Positions 40,291-52,436 of a stretch of 64,000 nt of DNA are shown piece after piece (the first letter of the stretch is position 1; the number at the start of each line of letters is the position of its first letter). This stretch comes from Octopus sinensis (lineage: Eukaryota): positions 118,916,001 through 118,980,000 of the forward strand of contig NC_042999.1 in NCBI RefSeq assembly GCF_006345805.1, written 5' to 3'. The notes beneath the pieces are model-generated. The model was not told the DNA's origin and searched no databases. It saw nothing but the letters and a program-made list of their open reading frames with translations. The translations under genes were made by a program, and so were the position numbers.

Positions 40291-40430
40291 TAAGTTAACG
40301 AAATTGGTGATGAGTATTTACAACAGTGTGATGAAACCACATACTGGCAGATTAACACCTGTTTATATTCTCTGGCTACTAGTGTAAAACAGGACATGAA
40401 TGATATTCAAAAAGTAAACAAAAAGTAAAC

Positions 40431-41621
40431 ATGCTTATTGCATGCAATCAAACAAATCACCATACGTCCCACCAACAGAAAGTAAAAAAAGAGATAGAAG
40501 TGATGTTTGGAGACAGCAAAAAGAGGAGACTCAATTGCAAACAGATTACTCTCAAGCAGGAGCTAAAAGCTGTCAGTGAAAAACTCCGACATCAGAAGAG
40601 AATAACTGAAAGAAGAACAATAAAGAAAAAATTTAACCACAACCAGGCAGCAGTATATAGAGACATGAGAGGAGGAGCAGTGAACATCATGGAAGCTCCT
40701 TCACAAGAAGACATAGACTCCTTCTGGAGGAAAATCTGGAGTGAAAAGAAGGAATTTAACCAAGATACTCTGTGGTTGGAAGAAATCTGAAAAAGTTATT
40801 GCTCCTGTATTACATCCAAGACATACAACATTGAAGGTGAAACTCTTGCAACTGTGATCCAGAAACTCCAGGATGGAAAAGCACCTGGAAGAGGCTTGGT
40901 TGTTGGATATAGGTTCAAGAAGCTATCATTCTACCGACCATATCTTATCAATCTGAAGCAGCAAGCTTTCATTGGGAACAGTAGCATGCCAGAATGGTTA
41001 GCTCCAGCAGAGACAAAATTGATCCCCAAACTCAGAACTACCTATGTGGCAAAAAAATACCAGCCAATTGCATGCCAGAACTTAATGTATAAGATATATA
41101 CAGCATGTTTAAACCTCTTCCTCCAGGACCATTGTGGAACCAATAACATTATCAGAGCAGAAGAAGCAGCTGAGAAGAAGGGAGTCTGGGGATGTACCGA
41201 TCAATTGTTAATCAACAAAACTGTGATATCAGAGGTGCAAGAGCATAGGAGGAACCAAGTTTCAATGTGGCTAGACTACAAGAAAGCCTTTGACCTTATA
41301 CCCCACTAATGGATGCTAGAAGCCCCTCAACTTGCTGAAGTTCCAGTGAGAATAGTCAAAGCCATAGCTGACCTAATTTCATCGTGGGCCACCATCTTGA
41401 AATTAAAAACAATGAGTGACTGTGCTATCACCGATAGAATACAGTATCACAAAGGCGTATTCCAAGGAGACAGCCTCTCTATGATGTTGTTTATACTTTC
41501 TGTAAAACCCTTGTCATTCATGTTGAGGAAGTCTGAAGGATATCTCCCTGGTTCACAAGGAAACAAAAATACCAGAATTACACACTGTTTCTTTGTGAAT
41601 GACTTAAAACCAGAAGTCTAG
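40431..41621 (+). mobile_element. R4/Dong-clade non-LTR retrotransposon RT region (pseudogenised)
   Basis: Consecutive ORFs give FWRKIW, GKAPG, PIACQNLMYKIYT, GCTDQLLINK, WLDYKKAFD.IPH, FQGDSLS, THCFFVNDLK; broken by two in-frame stops; truncated at RT domain 5. Confidence 0.88.
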
Positions 41622-41652
41622 AACAAATACAGTCTCTGTATTAAGCTAAATG

Positions 41653-41907
41653 TGGAGGTGCGTGGCTTAGTGGTTAGGGTGTCAGCACCATGATCGTAAG
41701 ATTGTGGTTTCGATTCCTGCACCAGATGATGCGTTGTGTTCTTGAGCAAAACACTTCGTTTCATGTTGCTCCAGTCCACTCAGCTGGCAAAAATGAGTAA
41801 TGCTGCAATGGACTGGCGTCCTGTCAGCTGGGGAACACATACACCATAGAAACTGGGAAACAGGCCCATGAGCCTGTCTAGGCTTTAAAAGGGTGCATTT
41901 ATTATTT
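41653..41907 (+). mobile_element. Full-length tRNA-derived SINE with 14-bp TSD
   Basis: TATTAAGCTAAATG at 41639-41652 and 41908-41921; A box gtggcttagtgg; B box ggtttcgattcc. Confidence 0.88.
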
Positions 41908-42109
41908 TATTAAGCTAAATGCACACAACATTAATGAGAACAACATTGAAATTGTGATTTTAAACTTCAGAAAAGGAAAGTATCACAAGTGGACTTTACT
42001 ATCAGGTGCTGGCACAGAAAAATGTAACTTTTATCAGAGGTATTTTATTGACTTTAATCAGCAGGATTTTATTGGAGACATGCTAATTAGTGCTGGCAGA
42101 AACAAATCT

Positions 42110-42620
42110 GCTCCTACCAAACCAGTGTTGCTCAAAAGACATAAAACTACAGGTAATTCCATGCCAAAATACTTTGCATAAAATGTATACAGCTTGTCTG
42201 AAACTGTTCCTTCAATTCACTGGGATAGCATTAATATTATCATATCACCACAGTTGAACAAGAAACCAGAATGAAAGGAGTTTTGAGATGTACTAAACAA
42301 CTCTTGATCAACAAAACTGCTATATCAGAGATGTGTGAGTAAGAATTAGATAACAGTTTGGTCTTAGTCATTTTGTGATGCTGTTTACTCTTTCTGCAAC
42401 CCACAATCTTTTTTGTCAAGGAAATCTGGAGGATATACAATTGGCCCATAGGAAAACAGAAACATTAACCTAACACATAGTTTATTTGTGAACAACCTGA
42501 AAATATGCGCTGAGAGTATGAATGGTATGAAAGGAAGCCTTAGCCTAGTTATGAATTCCCAAAAGATATAGAATTGGAGTCTGGCCGAAAAAACTGTTTT
42601 ACATGGTTGTAAAATGAGAG
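42110..42620 (+). mobile_element. Second, more decayed R4/Dong-like RT fragment
   Basis: CQNTLHKMYTACL, CTKQLLINKTAISE and THSLFVNNLK parallel the 40431-41621 element, with an internal deletion. Confidence 0.7.
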
Positions 42621-43749
42621 TGAACTACAAGCCCACCTAAGTAACATTATCATCACTGGTCTGTGTATTACCCTGATATCTGCTACAGGCACTTAAGAAT
42701 AAATAAATATATTTTTTATGATGGAGCCTGTAACAAGGAGTGTGTAACTAGGGAATGCAGCACTAGACACTTCATTGAAATTCTCAATCAGATTTGTAAA
42801 CATGCCACAAACTGTTATATAGCATCCTTCTATTACATTTGTATCTCATTCTTTTCTATGTTTGCTTTTAATTGCCACACACATTTGTAATTTCATTTCA
42901 TTTAGTTAATTGGACTTTTTAGATTAAATAAATGCATGATACTGTATATTTCATTGCTGTTTATAATTTCTTCACTTATCTTCATATCTTTAAGCATTTA
43001 AATTGAAAGTTATATCTGAGTAGAAAATCAGTTAAAGAATTGTAGATTTTATTCCGCTCGTGGATGCAATTAAAGAAATAAGATAGACATCCATAAAGCT
43101 TCACAGTAATGATTAACTGTAATGCTGGAATAATTTTTATAAACACTACTGAGGTCCTCTGAACTTTGTGCATGCAATGAATTTATAACCCACAATGTGT
43201 TTCACATAACAGAGCTCATGCCAGTCTTTGGGTTATTTGAATGGTGGTAAGATCTATGCAGTTAGTGTTAAAACCAAACCAGGAATTTCTATATCAACAA
43301 TTTCACTTAGCTTCATGTGTCTTCTCAATCACCAAAAGTTTCAGCCACTTGTCATCACCTCCATGAGACTCAACATCCGAAGATCATATTTTGCCACCTC
43401 ATCCTACATCTTTTTGGGCTTACCCTATCATCATCATCATCATCCTCGTTATTTCAACATTGACTTTTCTATGCTCACTGACAAGAGTATGTTGGGGGAA
43501 AAGTTTTTTTTTATTATAATAACTGGATACTTTTCCTGTTACCAACCCTATTTGTTTCCAAGAGAAATAATAATTTTCGAATTTGTCAAATACCAAACAG
43601 CAGGAACATGTTTTCATAGTGAACTGTAAGCAAATGACAATTTGCTTCAGGAAGCTATTGTTTTCAAACCAGGGAACATGAAGGAAATACAAACTCACTT
43701 ACACAAACACACATACTTTTATAAATATATATATATATACATACATTAA

Positions 43750-44050
43750 CTGGCACTTTGTCGGTTACAACGATGACTTTTTCAGTTAGCCTCCTCATAA
43801 AATTAACCTGTAAGTGGCTGAGCACTCCACAGACATGTGTACTTTTAACATACTTTACAAGGAGATTCAGTGTGACACGGAATATGACAAGGCTTGCCCT
43901 TTGAAATACAGGTACTACTCATTTTTGTCAGCTGAGTGGATTGGAGCAACATGCAATGAAGAGTCTTACTCAAGGACATAATGTGCCACCAGGTATTGAA
44001 CTCATGATCATACGATCTTGAGAGCCAAATAGCCAAACTATTTAGCCACT
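43750..44050 (-). mobile_element. tRNA-derived SINE
   Basis: Reverse complement of 1780-2075. Confidence 0.65.
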
Positions 44051-44230
44051 TACACAAGCATACATGCACACACGCAGGCTTTTTTCAGTTTCCACCCATC
44101 ACATCCCCTCACAAACTTTAGGTGATGATTCGGGGCTATAGTAAAAGGCCAAAGGTGCCATACTGTGGGATCGAATACGAAATCACATGGTTTTGGGAGG
44201 GAACATCTCAACCACACAACCATGGCTGTA
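44050..44230 (-). mobile_element. CORE-type SINE head (degenerate)
   Basis: caggcttttttcagtttcc...gggctatagtaaaagg..aaggtgccatac.gtgggatcgaa. Confidence 0.55.
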
Positions 44231-44522
44231 TCTAAATATCTAGCAAATTTCAAAGAACTTCACCTTTTTATGGAGATTCAATTAAATAGATCAAAACGAT
44301 ATTTATTTCAAAATAAAGACAAAGATAATAGCAAGATTACTGTTTTAATAATTCTGTAAATATCACCTTTTTTGTTTTCAGCTTGAAGTAGTCTTTATCT
44401 TTAATCACATCATTATTATCACTTCTGTTATAGTCTCAACTGGTAACAATTAGATCAGTAACAAGGTGTGAGAAAAACAATACCCATACAATCATGTACA
44501 TTATAAACATACTTTTAATGTA

Positions 44523-44564
<42 letters not shown>

Positions 44565-45539
44565 AACCAATTATTTAGTTTCTATGTAGTTACTTAATCT
44601 ATAGCAAACATAGTTACTTGATCTCTCTAAAAAAACTACCTGCAATATTTGAAGTAAGAACTGCATAATTATGTTCAGAATTTTTGATAATGGTCACATA
44701 ATTGGATAACCATGGAAGGAATAGTGATAAAGATAAGTTAGAAAATTTATTTCTATTTTTTTAATTTATTTATTTGTTTATTTTTGGCTTGTTCATTTAT
44801 TATAAAATCCAAGTGAATGGAAGAGTTTTTATATGACCATTTAACTTGCTCAATACAGCAGCTAAATCTCTCTCAAATCACATTTTACTGTAATTTAAAA
44901 CAAAATGGGTGATATTGGATAATGTCTACATTATGCTCAATACCTGAAATAAAGACATGCTGGGCATCATTGAAAGTCTTTGAGAAGAGAAATTTTTGTA
45001 CAAGTTCCTATACAACCTGTTCAATTTCACTCAATGGCAGTTTGGGTAGGTGATTTCTGTTAGAGGTTCAAGCTGGCCAGAAACCTGTGAGCAGTTTTCA
45101 AACTGAAGGTAAAGCTTAAGTCATTTTTCTATATAAAACATAAAGTTGAATATCAAAATAACATAAATCAGTCAAATCTGGACATTTCGTATCTAGTGGA
45201 CATATCTATAAGTCCGAAGAAACTAAATTTTTGACTACAAGCAAAGGCTGCTAATTTAAAACAAAATATATAATCAAAATCTCATGCAATTAGAACTTTA
45301 AAACAATGGATTGCAAAAGTTAAAAGATAATAAGTTATTTCTATTTTCATGCCTTGATGCAACGGATGGAAAAAAGAGATTCTTTTCAATTGAAATTGTT
45401 GATCATTTAGAAAAATGATTGACAACCTTACAGGACTGATTGATAATCTAACAGAAATGATTGACAAATTCTAACAGAATTTCTCTACAGGTTGACATAA
45501 CAATGGATGAATTATCCTTCATCAGAGCTCTCTTTAATT

Positions 45540-45880
45540 TTGGTGCGAATGCTATTCTAGAGAATCTATAGGAGGAAGTTTTGGAAATTAAAAATGATTC
45601 AGTGGCTCACGACCAGTTTAACTGATCCTTCAGGAAAATATCTTAAAGAAGCATGTTCTGGAGTTGCAAACATCTCTTGGTCATGCATTAAGATTACTTC
45701 TGCCATTTGCATCACCTTACATGAGTAAAAGGGAATTTTTTTATGCATGCTGCAAATTAAATCCAAACAGATAAATCAATTTCCAGTTGAAGGCAATATT
45801 TCTTGCACACTTTCAAGTACCTCTCCGAATATCAAAACTTTGGTCAATGATAAAAGAATTCAAAGACTATATTTCATGCA
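45540..45880 (+). mobile_element. hAT (Charlie/Buster-type) transposase C-terminal fragment
   Basis: ALRLLLPFASPYMS followed by LQIKSKQINQFPVEGNISCTLS..SPNIKTLV..KRIQ resembles the hAT dimerisation domain (LLPFxTTYLCExGFS...IKTKxRNRL...LS...P...LV..KQ). Confidence 0.6.
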
Positions 45881-46204
45881 ACGATTGATCTTCTCAACAG
45901 CAAGAAATAGCACCACAACAAATAGGAAAATAAAAGAAGAAATGAAATACTTGTAAATGAGAATAGCTGACGACAAATCAATGAAACATTTTTTTCTCGT
46001 AGCATTGTGTGCGGAAAATATATTAATGTTGATATATGCACATACATACATACATGCACACATTCATGGGAAAGATCGATTGGTAGTTAGTAACTTCATA
46101 TTTTGTATTAGGTGGTCCCAGAAGCAGAAAACAAGCTGTAAAAGGAGGATATGGAATCTTAAGCTTTAAGGCCCAGTAAACAGTTAAAATTTTAGGGAAC
46201 TACT

Positions 46205-46635
46205 ACTTGAAGCATTTTATAATAGGGACGAGGAGAACAACTGGAAATTCCTATGGAACAACCTGCTGAGGATTATAGACAATGTCTCTGGCTCATGCAT
46301 CATCCAGCTAGACCAAAGGTGATATGGTGGTGGAACACTGAGGTGGACAGACCCATAAAAGCAAAGAGATAGACTTAGAAAAAGTGAAAGAAAGTGGGAC
46401 AGCACGTAAAATTATACCAGGTAGTTACAAGTGAAGCTAGGCAACAGGTATATTTAACAAAGGGAGAGGAAGAATATAAGCAGTTTGCTAATATTCTATG
46501 GCATGTGAATCGAGAGTGAGAGGTAGGATGATAGTGTACCAGAGAGAATCACAGCATTGTGAGTGAGAAATGTAAATGGATGGACAATGGTATACTTGCA
46601 TTGAGTGATTCTGAAAAGAAAGAAGCATGAAAATA
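46205..46635 (+). mobile_element. RTE-clade LINE internal fragment
   Basis: W..LLRIIDNVSG, WWWN.EV and DSEKKEA*KYY resemble the RTE endonuclease-RT linker. It stops at the start of the 56-bp array. Confidence 0.55.
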
Positions 46636-47576
46636 CTACACAGTGGCTGTGTGAGCTACGAAATCCTCGTCACCACTGTTATATCACAATACTACACAGT
46701 GGCTGTGTGAGCTACGAAATCCTCGTCACCACTGTTATATCACAATACTACGCAGTGGCTGTGTGAGCTACGAAATCCTCGTCACCATTGTTATATCACA
46801 ATACTACACAGTGCTGTGTGAGCTACGAAATCTCGTCACCACTGTTATATCACAATACTACACAGTGGCTGTGTGAGCTACGAAATCCTCGTCACCACTG
46901 TTATATCACAATACTACACAGTGGTGTGTGAGCTACGAATCCTCGTCACCACTGTTATATCACAATACTACACAGTGGCTGTGTGAGCTACGAAATCCTC
47001 GTCACCACTGTTATATCGCAATACTACACAGTGGCTGTGTGAGCTACGAAATCCTCGTCACCACTGTTATATCACAATACTACGCAGTGGCTGTGTGAGC
47101 TACGAAATCCTCGTCACCACTGTTATATCACAATACTACACAGTGGCTGTGTGAGCTACGAAATCCTCGTCACCACTGTTATATCACAATACTACAGTGG
47201 CTGTGGAGCTACGAAATCCTCGTCACCACTGTTATATCACAATACTACACAGTGGCTGTGTGAGCTACGAAATCCTCGTCACCACTGTTATATAGCAATA
47301 CTACACAGTGGCTGTGTGAGCTACGAAATCCTCGTCACCACTGTTATATCACAATACTACGCAGTGGCTGTGTGAGCTACGAAATCCTCGTCACCACTGT
47401 TATATCACAATACTACACAGTGGCTGTGTGAGCTACGAAATCCTCGTCACCACTGTTATATCACAATACTACACAGTGGCTGTGTGAGCTACGAAATCCT
47501 CGTCACCACTGTTATATAGCAATACTACACAGTGGCTGTGTGAGCTACGAAATCGTCGTCGCCACTGTTATATCAC
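46632..47576. repeat. Tandem array of 17 x 56-bp hairpin-forming units
   Basis: Consensus aatactacacagtggctgtgtgagctacgaaatcctcgtcaccactgttatatcac; three units carry 2-3-nt deletions; no spacers. Confidence 0.97.
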
Positions 47577-49614
47577 ACGTTCGGATGACATCTACTCAAC
47601 TCCTGATGTCTAGACTTCTCCCTCTATATCTATGTATTGGGTTAGCCTACTTCATCGTCTGGGGGGGGGGCATCCACACAACATAACTGAAGAACAATAA
47701 TTTTTTAAATGAGGTAAAAACAAGGTTGCTATTATCATTAAATAGATATTGTAATAATGCCATTACAAAACCATACACAATAAAAAAGAATGCATGGAAG
47801 AAAGAGGGTCTCTCCAACCAGAACCCAACAGAGGATCAGCTACTCTACTAGACAGCTGTAGACACTTTTCTTTTTTTTTAACTTGTGGCTATTCCGGGGT
47901 ATCACCTTGAAAATTTTTTAGTTGAATGAATCACCCCCAGTACATTCCAAGCCATAACTGAGGATTTTAAGAGTGGAAACACTTAGATGCAGAGGATTTC
48001 TTTCTTATAGCTGAATCTGACAACAAAGGACTTCAAATGGTTGCAAATCTCTTCCACAAACAGTAAACCTGTTCTTGTTCTCTCTATCAGTTTAATCTCT
48101 CAATATCTTGCTTAAAGTAACCACCATATCTCCTATTTTCCCTCACAGTTAATGATGCTCATAACCTTGTCAAGTACACAGTGACCTCATTAGCACTTAT
48201 GCCACACAAAAAGCACTTTGTACACGCTGTTAAATAGATGGCATTAGGAAGGGAATGTAACTGTAGAAATTATGCCAAAATTATGATACTGGAATATGAT
48301 GTGGTCCTCTGACCTAATGGATTTTGTCAAAATGTCTGGCCTATGATAGCATAGAAAATGAATGTATAATAACGATAATGATGAGGGTGATGATGACAAC
48401 AATGGTGATGACGAGGATGATACAGTATTCATCTGTACCACATCAGCCAACAGAAAGTAACAACCACAATAGTATATAAATAATGAATTGAGGGTGATAC
48501 TAACTAATCTCTCTATCAAAAGAAGCTACAGTAAACTACAAATGACAATACACTTCACATCAACTCAGGTTTCATATAGCCCACATTCATAGGGTACCTA
48601 AACAAGAAATTGAAAATAATGCAAATGAATAACTCTTGACATGCGAGGGAGATTGTTTGTTGTCTAAAAAAAACTTCATCTCACACAGTCCCTGCTACCA
48701 CTACATGTAAAATTCATGCCCAAATAGATCTACATCTCAGAACATTACAATAACATTCCCAAACCTTTATCTCTCCCATTCATCCCAAGCAAATATTAAA
48801 ATGCATAACCACTAAAATGTTGCTACATCCATCAATAGCCTCATTAAATGCTACACATCACCATTCACAGTACTCAGCTGTGCTCTGACTTGACCATCTT
48901 GCACATATCTGTTGTAGATGCTACAAGAATCCATTATTGTACAGAAATATACTGGGCAATGGAGAGCAAAAGTATAACTTGTTCAGACTGCAATACTGTT
49001 CCCCATACAATTAACCACAGTCCAAGTGTGCAATATAGTCCTCACTGATACAGAACTTTTGCTTTAAATGCTACATCTAAAGCACTAGTTCTATGAGTTG
49101 CACCTAGGCATTTCAGACAGCTACCTGCATATCACAGCTCTGTTTAATTAGACTAACTTTGGTCTACACAACATCTGTTATACAGATAAATGGCATGAAC
49201 ATGGAATAAGAAAAGATAAGTAACTTTTGAATAATTACTGAAGTACTAAATAAAGAAACTTATAATGAAAGAGCATGTGCTCAATAGAGTTCATGCAGAG
49301 AGAATTTAGTTTGAATCCTATCAATTTGCAGAACCATAGCTACTATATTTTTTATGAAATAAGAGCTAAAAATAAACAAAAATATCTTGCATTTGTCGAA
49401 CTACTAAAAAAAAATAAAAGAACTTTGAAGATAATTGACTAATAAGAAAGCTGGTTGGTAAAAGTTTGTTCAGACCAGTTAGGTGAGAGCTGAAAATAGC
49501 ATCAGATTATTGTAGTCATTACGATTAATTGGTGCAGAATAGTTGCATAAGGTTTATATTTGATTAACATTCAAGTGAGCCAAGAACAATTGATGTTATA
49601 AACTGCAGTTAACT

Positions 49615-49918
49615 TGTTATATCGCAATATTACACAGTGGCTGTGTGAGCTACGAAATCCTCGTCACCACTGTTATATCGCAATACTACACAGTGGCTGT
49701 GTGAGCATCTTATCCTCGTCACCACTGTTATATCACACGTTTGGATGACCTCTACTCAATTCCAGATGTCTAGACTTCTCCCTCTATATCTATGTATTAG
49801 GTTAGCCTACTTCATCGTCTGGGGTCATCCACACAACATAACTGAAGAACAATAATTTTTTAAATGAAGTAAAAACAAGGTTGCTATTATCATTAAATAG
49901 ATATTGTGATAATGCCAT
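49615..49918. repeat. Dispersed duplicate of two array units plus ~185 bp of downstream flank
   Basis: Matches 47465-47763 (acgtt.ggatgac.tctactcaa...gatattgt.ataatgccat). Confidence 0.95.
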
Positions 49919-49919
49919 G

Positions 49920-50180
49920 CCAGTGTTACATAAAAGTACCCATGCTAGTGCCATGTAAAAGCACAAGTGCCAATGCCATGTAGAAGCATCCATGCTGGTG
50001 TCACATAAAAGGCACCCAGTACACTCTGTAAAGTGGTCAGTGTTAGGAAGGGCATCCAGCTGTAGAAACCAAACCAAAACAAACAAGGAGCAACTCTTCA
50101 GCTGGCCAGCTCCAGTCAAACCATACAACTCATGCCAGTATGGAAAATGGATATTAAGTGATGATGATGATGATGATGAG
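49920..50180 (+). mobile_element. RTE-LINE 3' end
   Basis: gttaggaagggcatccagctgtagaaacc...(gat)n. Confidence 0.7.
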
Positions 50181-50329
50181 GTGGGGGAAGATGTGATATG
50201 TCAAAAATGATGATGATGTTAATGATTTTAATAAGCCACATGGATCTTGTAGTAATGGGGATGCAAATTGCACAAGCCACTACTTTTCATGATTAAAAGT
50301 AATGTTGATGACCATAATAATGACCTTGA

Positions 50330-50515
50330 TAATGAACATATGAGGATAAAAGATAACTGGTATAACAGTATAAATGGCGGTGGTAGTAACAACAACAAGG
50401 ACAATGATGACAACAAACAATGATGATGATAACAAGGATGGTGATGATGATAATGATAATGGTGATGATGGACGATGACGACGACGACGACGACAATGAC
50501 AACAACGACGATGAA
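50330..50515. repeat. Degenerate (GAT/GAC/CAA)n trinucleotide repeat
   Basis: Direct reading. Confidence 0.9.
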
Positions 50516-50649
50516 AGGGCAAGTAGTATTCTCACTTTCAGTTTTATGACAGACCAAAAAACATGCAACTTACTGGAACAAAAAAAAAAAAAAGAAAGAG
50601 AAATGAGAATGTGCTCAGTCTATTTCTTGGGCCAGATTTTGTATACATA

Positions 50650-50832
50650 TACTCTTTTACTTGTTTCAGTCATTTGACTGCGGCCATGCTAGAGCATCGC
50701 CTTTAGTCAAGCAAATCGACCCCAAGACTTATTCTATCAGTCTCTTTTGCCGAACCACTAAGTTACAGGGATGTAAACACACCATCATCGGTTGTCAAGC
50801 GATGTTGGGGGGGGGGCGGCAAACACAAACAT

Positions 50833-50881
<49 letters not shown>

Positions 50882-51055
50882 CATATATACGACAGGTTTC
50901 TTTCAGTTTCTCCCTGCCAAATCCACTCACAAGGCTTTGGTCGGCCTGAGACTATAGTAGAAGACACTTGCCCAAGGTCTCACGCAATGGGACTGAACCT
51001 GGAACCATTTGGTTCGTAAGCAAGCTACTTACCACACAGCCACTCCTGCGCCTAT
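50650..51055 (-). mobile_element. CORE-type composite SINE, well preserved
   Basis: Near-identical to 21200-21605. Confidence 0.85.
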
Positions 51056-51619
51056 AGAGACCATACCAAAACATATGATAAATAAAAAATATTAAATATA
51101 AGTGCTGGTATAAAGAATAGGATAACCAAAATTTCTTATCTAGCATAGCTGGTTATTGCTGCATTGAAGTAGTAAGTGTAAAATAATAATCAAAAATATG
51201 TCATACAGTTATATAAATAGCAAGTACAAAAAAATTACACCATTTTTAAAAAAATTTCATAAGGAATAAATAAAATAACATTGTTCAAATTTATCTGTAA
51301 AATATGCTAGGTGTAATATTCAGGTTTGAAGATTACAATATTTCACAGAGAAGGAACAGGAAAATAGCTGCACAGCTGTAAATATCAATACAAGCTTTGT
51401 TATTATTGTTGACATCTGTAGAATATAGCTAATAATCGAATTATTAATAAATAATGATTCAGATTTCCAGTAATTAATGAGTAAAATGCAGAATTAATTC
51501 AATTAACATCAACAACTAATAAGATCATGTAAAAAATATCTAAAACTATTGATGGTACAAGCAGAGAAAGATGAAATAGCATGAATTTTTCTGTTGTGAT
51601 CACAGTCACTTATTTAGAC

Positions 51620-52335
51620 AAGTGGCTTGGCAGAATTGTTAAAATGTGAGAGAAAATACCTCTCCTAGCTCTTTACATTGTGAGTTCAAATCTTGCCAAG
51701 GTCAACTTTGCTTTTCATTCTCCAAGGATTGATTAACTCCTTCGTTACCAACCCAGCTGAAACCGGCTCTGGCTCTGAGTACAACTGTTTTGAATTAAAA
51801 TCTTCCACCAAACCTTAGTCACAATTTATGTTCCTAACACTAGCTGAATGATAACTAAGTTATTCTATAAATTCTTAGTTATATTTAAAGTAATTGAAAG
51901 AAACACAGAGCATCTCAAAATAAATACAGTAATGAAAGGGTTAAATACCAATCAAATACTGCTCGCCACCTATCTTCACGATTAAGGTGGCAAGCTGGCA
52001 GAATGACTACCACACTTGACAAATATTTTGCAGCATTTTGTCTGTCTTTACATCCTAAGTTCGAATTCAGTCAAAATCGACTTTAGCTTTCATCCTTTTG
52101 GGGTTGATAAAGTAAGTCAAGTACTGGGATCAAGGTAAACAATTTTCCTCTCCCTCTCAAAGAAACCACAAGCTCAGTGCAAAAGTTTGAAACCATTATA
52201 AATATTAAGGCAGAATCTTCACTGTATCGGACAAAATGCTTAGAAGTCTTTTGTGCATTTTTACATTCTGAATTCAAGTTCCACCAAAGTCAACTTAGCC
52301 TTTCATCTTTTTGAGGATCCATAAAATAAGTAACA
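51620..52335 (+). mobile_element. Three partial copies of the third SINE family (one interrupted by a MITE)
   Basis: gagttcaaat...gtcaactttgc.tttcat motif at ~51680, ~52060 and ~52275. Confidence 0.55.
51737..51940. mobile_element. piggyBac-type MITE
   Basis: TTAA|CTCCTTCGTTAC...GTAATGAAAGGG|TTAA; inverted relative to 37696-37917. Confidence 0.85.
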
Positions 52336-52436
52336 GCTCTTTTGCCGAACTGCTGAGTTAAGGGAAAGGAAACACACCAGCATTGGTTGTTAAGCAATGG
52401 TGGGGAGACAAGCACAAACACACAAACATATATATA

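Noticed and set aside
46632-47576. CRISPR array
   Set aside because: Units are contiguous with no unique spacers, there are no cas genes and the context is eukaryotic.
49740-49832. Box C/D snoRNA suggested by the terminal stem
   Set aside because: No canonical RUGAUGA and no CUGA D box next to the stem on either strand.
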